A stretch of 64,000 nt of DNA from Candidatus Latescibacterota bacterium (GTDB lineage Bacteria > Latescibacterota > UBA2968 > UBA8231), in NCBI GenBank assembly GCA_965197905.1, contig CBDAOB010000004.1:928001-992000 (forward strand), in the 5' to 3' direction. Below the pieces are notes generated by a model, which searched no databases, was not told where the DNA came from, and saw only the letters and a list, made by a program, of their open reading frames with translations. A program made the translations under genes and the position numbers. This document shows, piece after piece, positions 63,907 to 64,000 of this stretch. The stretch's first letter is position 1. Each line of letters starts with the position of its first letter.

Positions 63907-64000
63907 GGAGAGCTCAGTAGGGAAGTCATGAGTCATCATCTTCCGTCGCAGCCGGCTCGGTCTGCCGCCACACGGGTTTGCCATCAGGCTCGTTGAAGGC

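Overview
GC-rich bacterial accessory region with no housekeeping operons, rRNA, tRNA or CRISPR. The enzyme repertoire and a 'PNYPNPFNP' FlgD-Ig/T9SS-like domain suggest an FCB/PVC-type lineage such as Latescibacterota or Poribacteria (inference only). About 50 mostly single, unrelated catabolic genes are present. They include 8 PhyH-family dioxygenases, 6 GH32/43/130-like beta-propeller proteins, 4 SDRs, 3 PHP/DUF3604 hydrolases, 2 AKRs, 2 D-2-hydroxyacid dehydrogenases, 2 amidohydrolases, a sulfatase, a sialidase-like protein and sugar-acid dehydratases. No transcription factor is recognisable. The genes are separated by short scraps of other genes and by at least 11 copies of a non-coding element in two subfamilies, ending in CGATA-N17-TAT(A/C)CTT. 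Two copies are still attached to recognisable IS91/ISCR rolling-circle transposase fragments, which identifies the element as an oriIS end. The best candidate for an undescribed system is a Helitron/ISCR-like gene-capture array: transposase-less oriIS stubs alternate with cargo cassettes. Each stub forms a sigma70-like outward promoter, possibly completed by the CTT target, and 9 of 10 complete ends point into co-oriented coding sequence. Many genes carry homopolymer frameshifts (possibly sequencing errors), in-frame stops or internal deletions.
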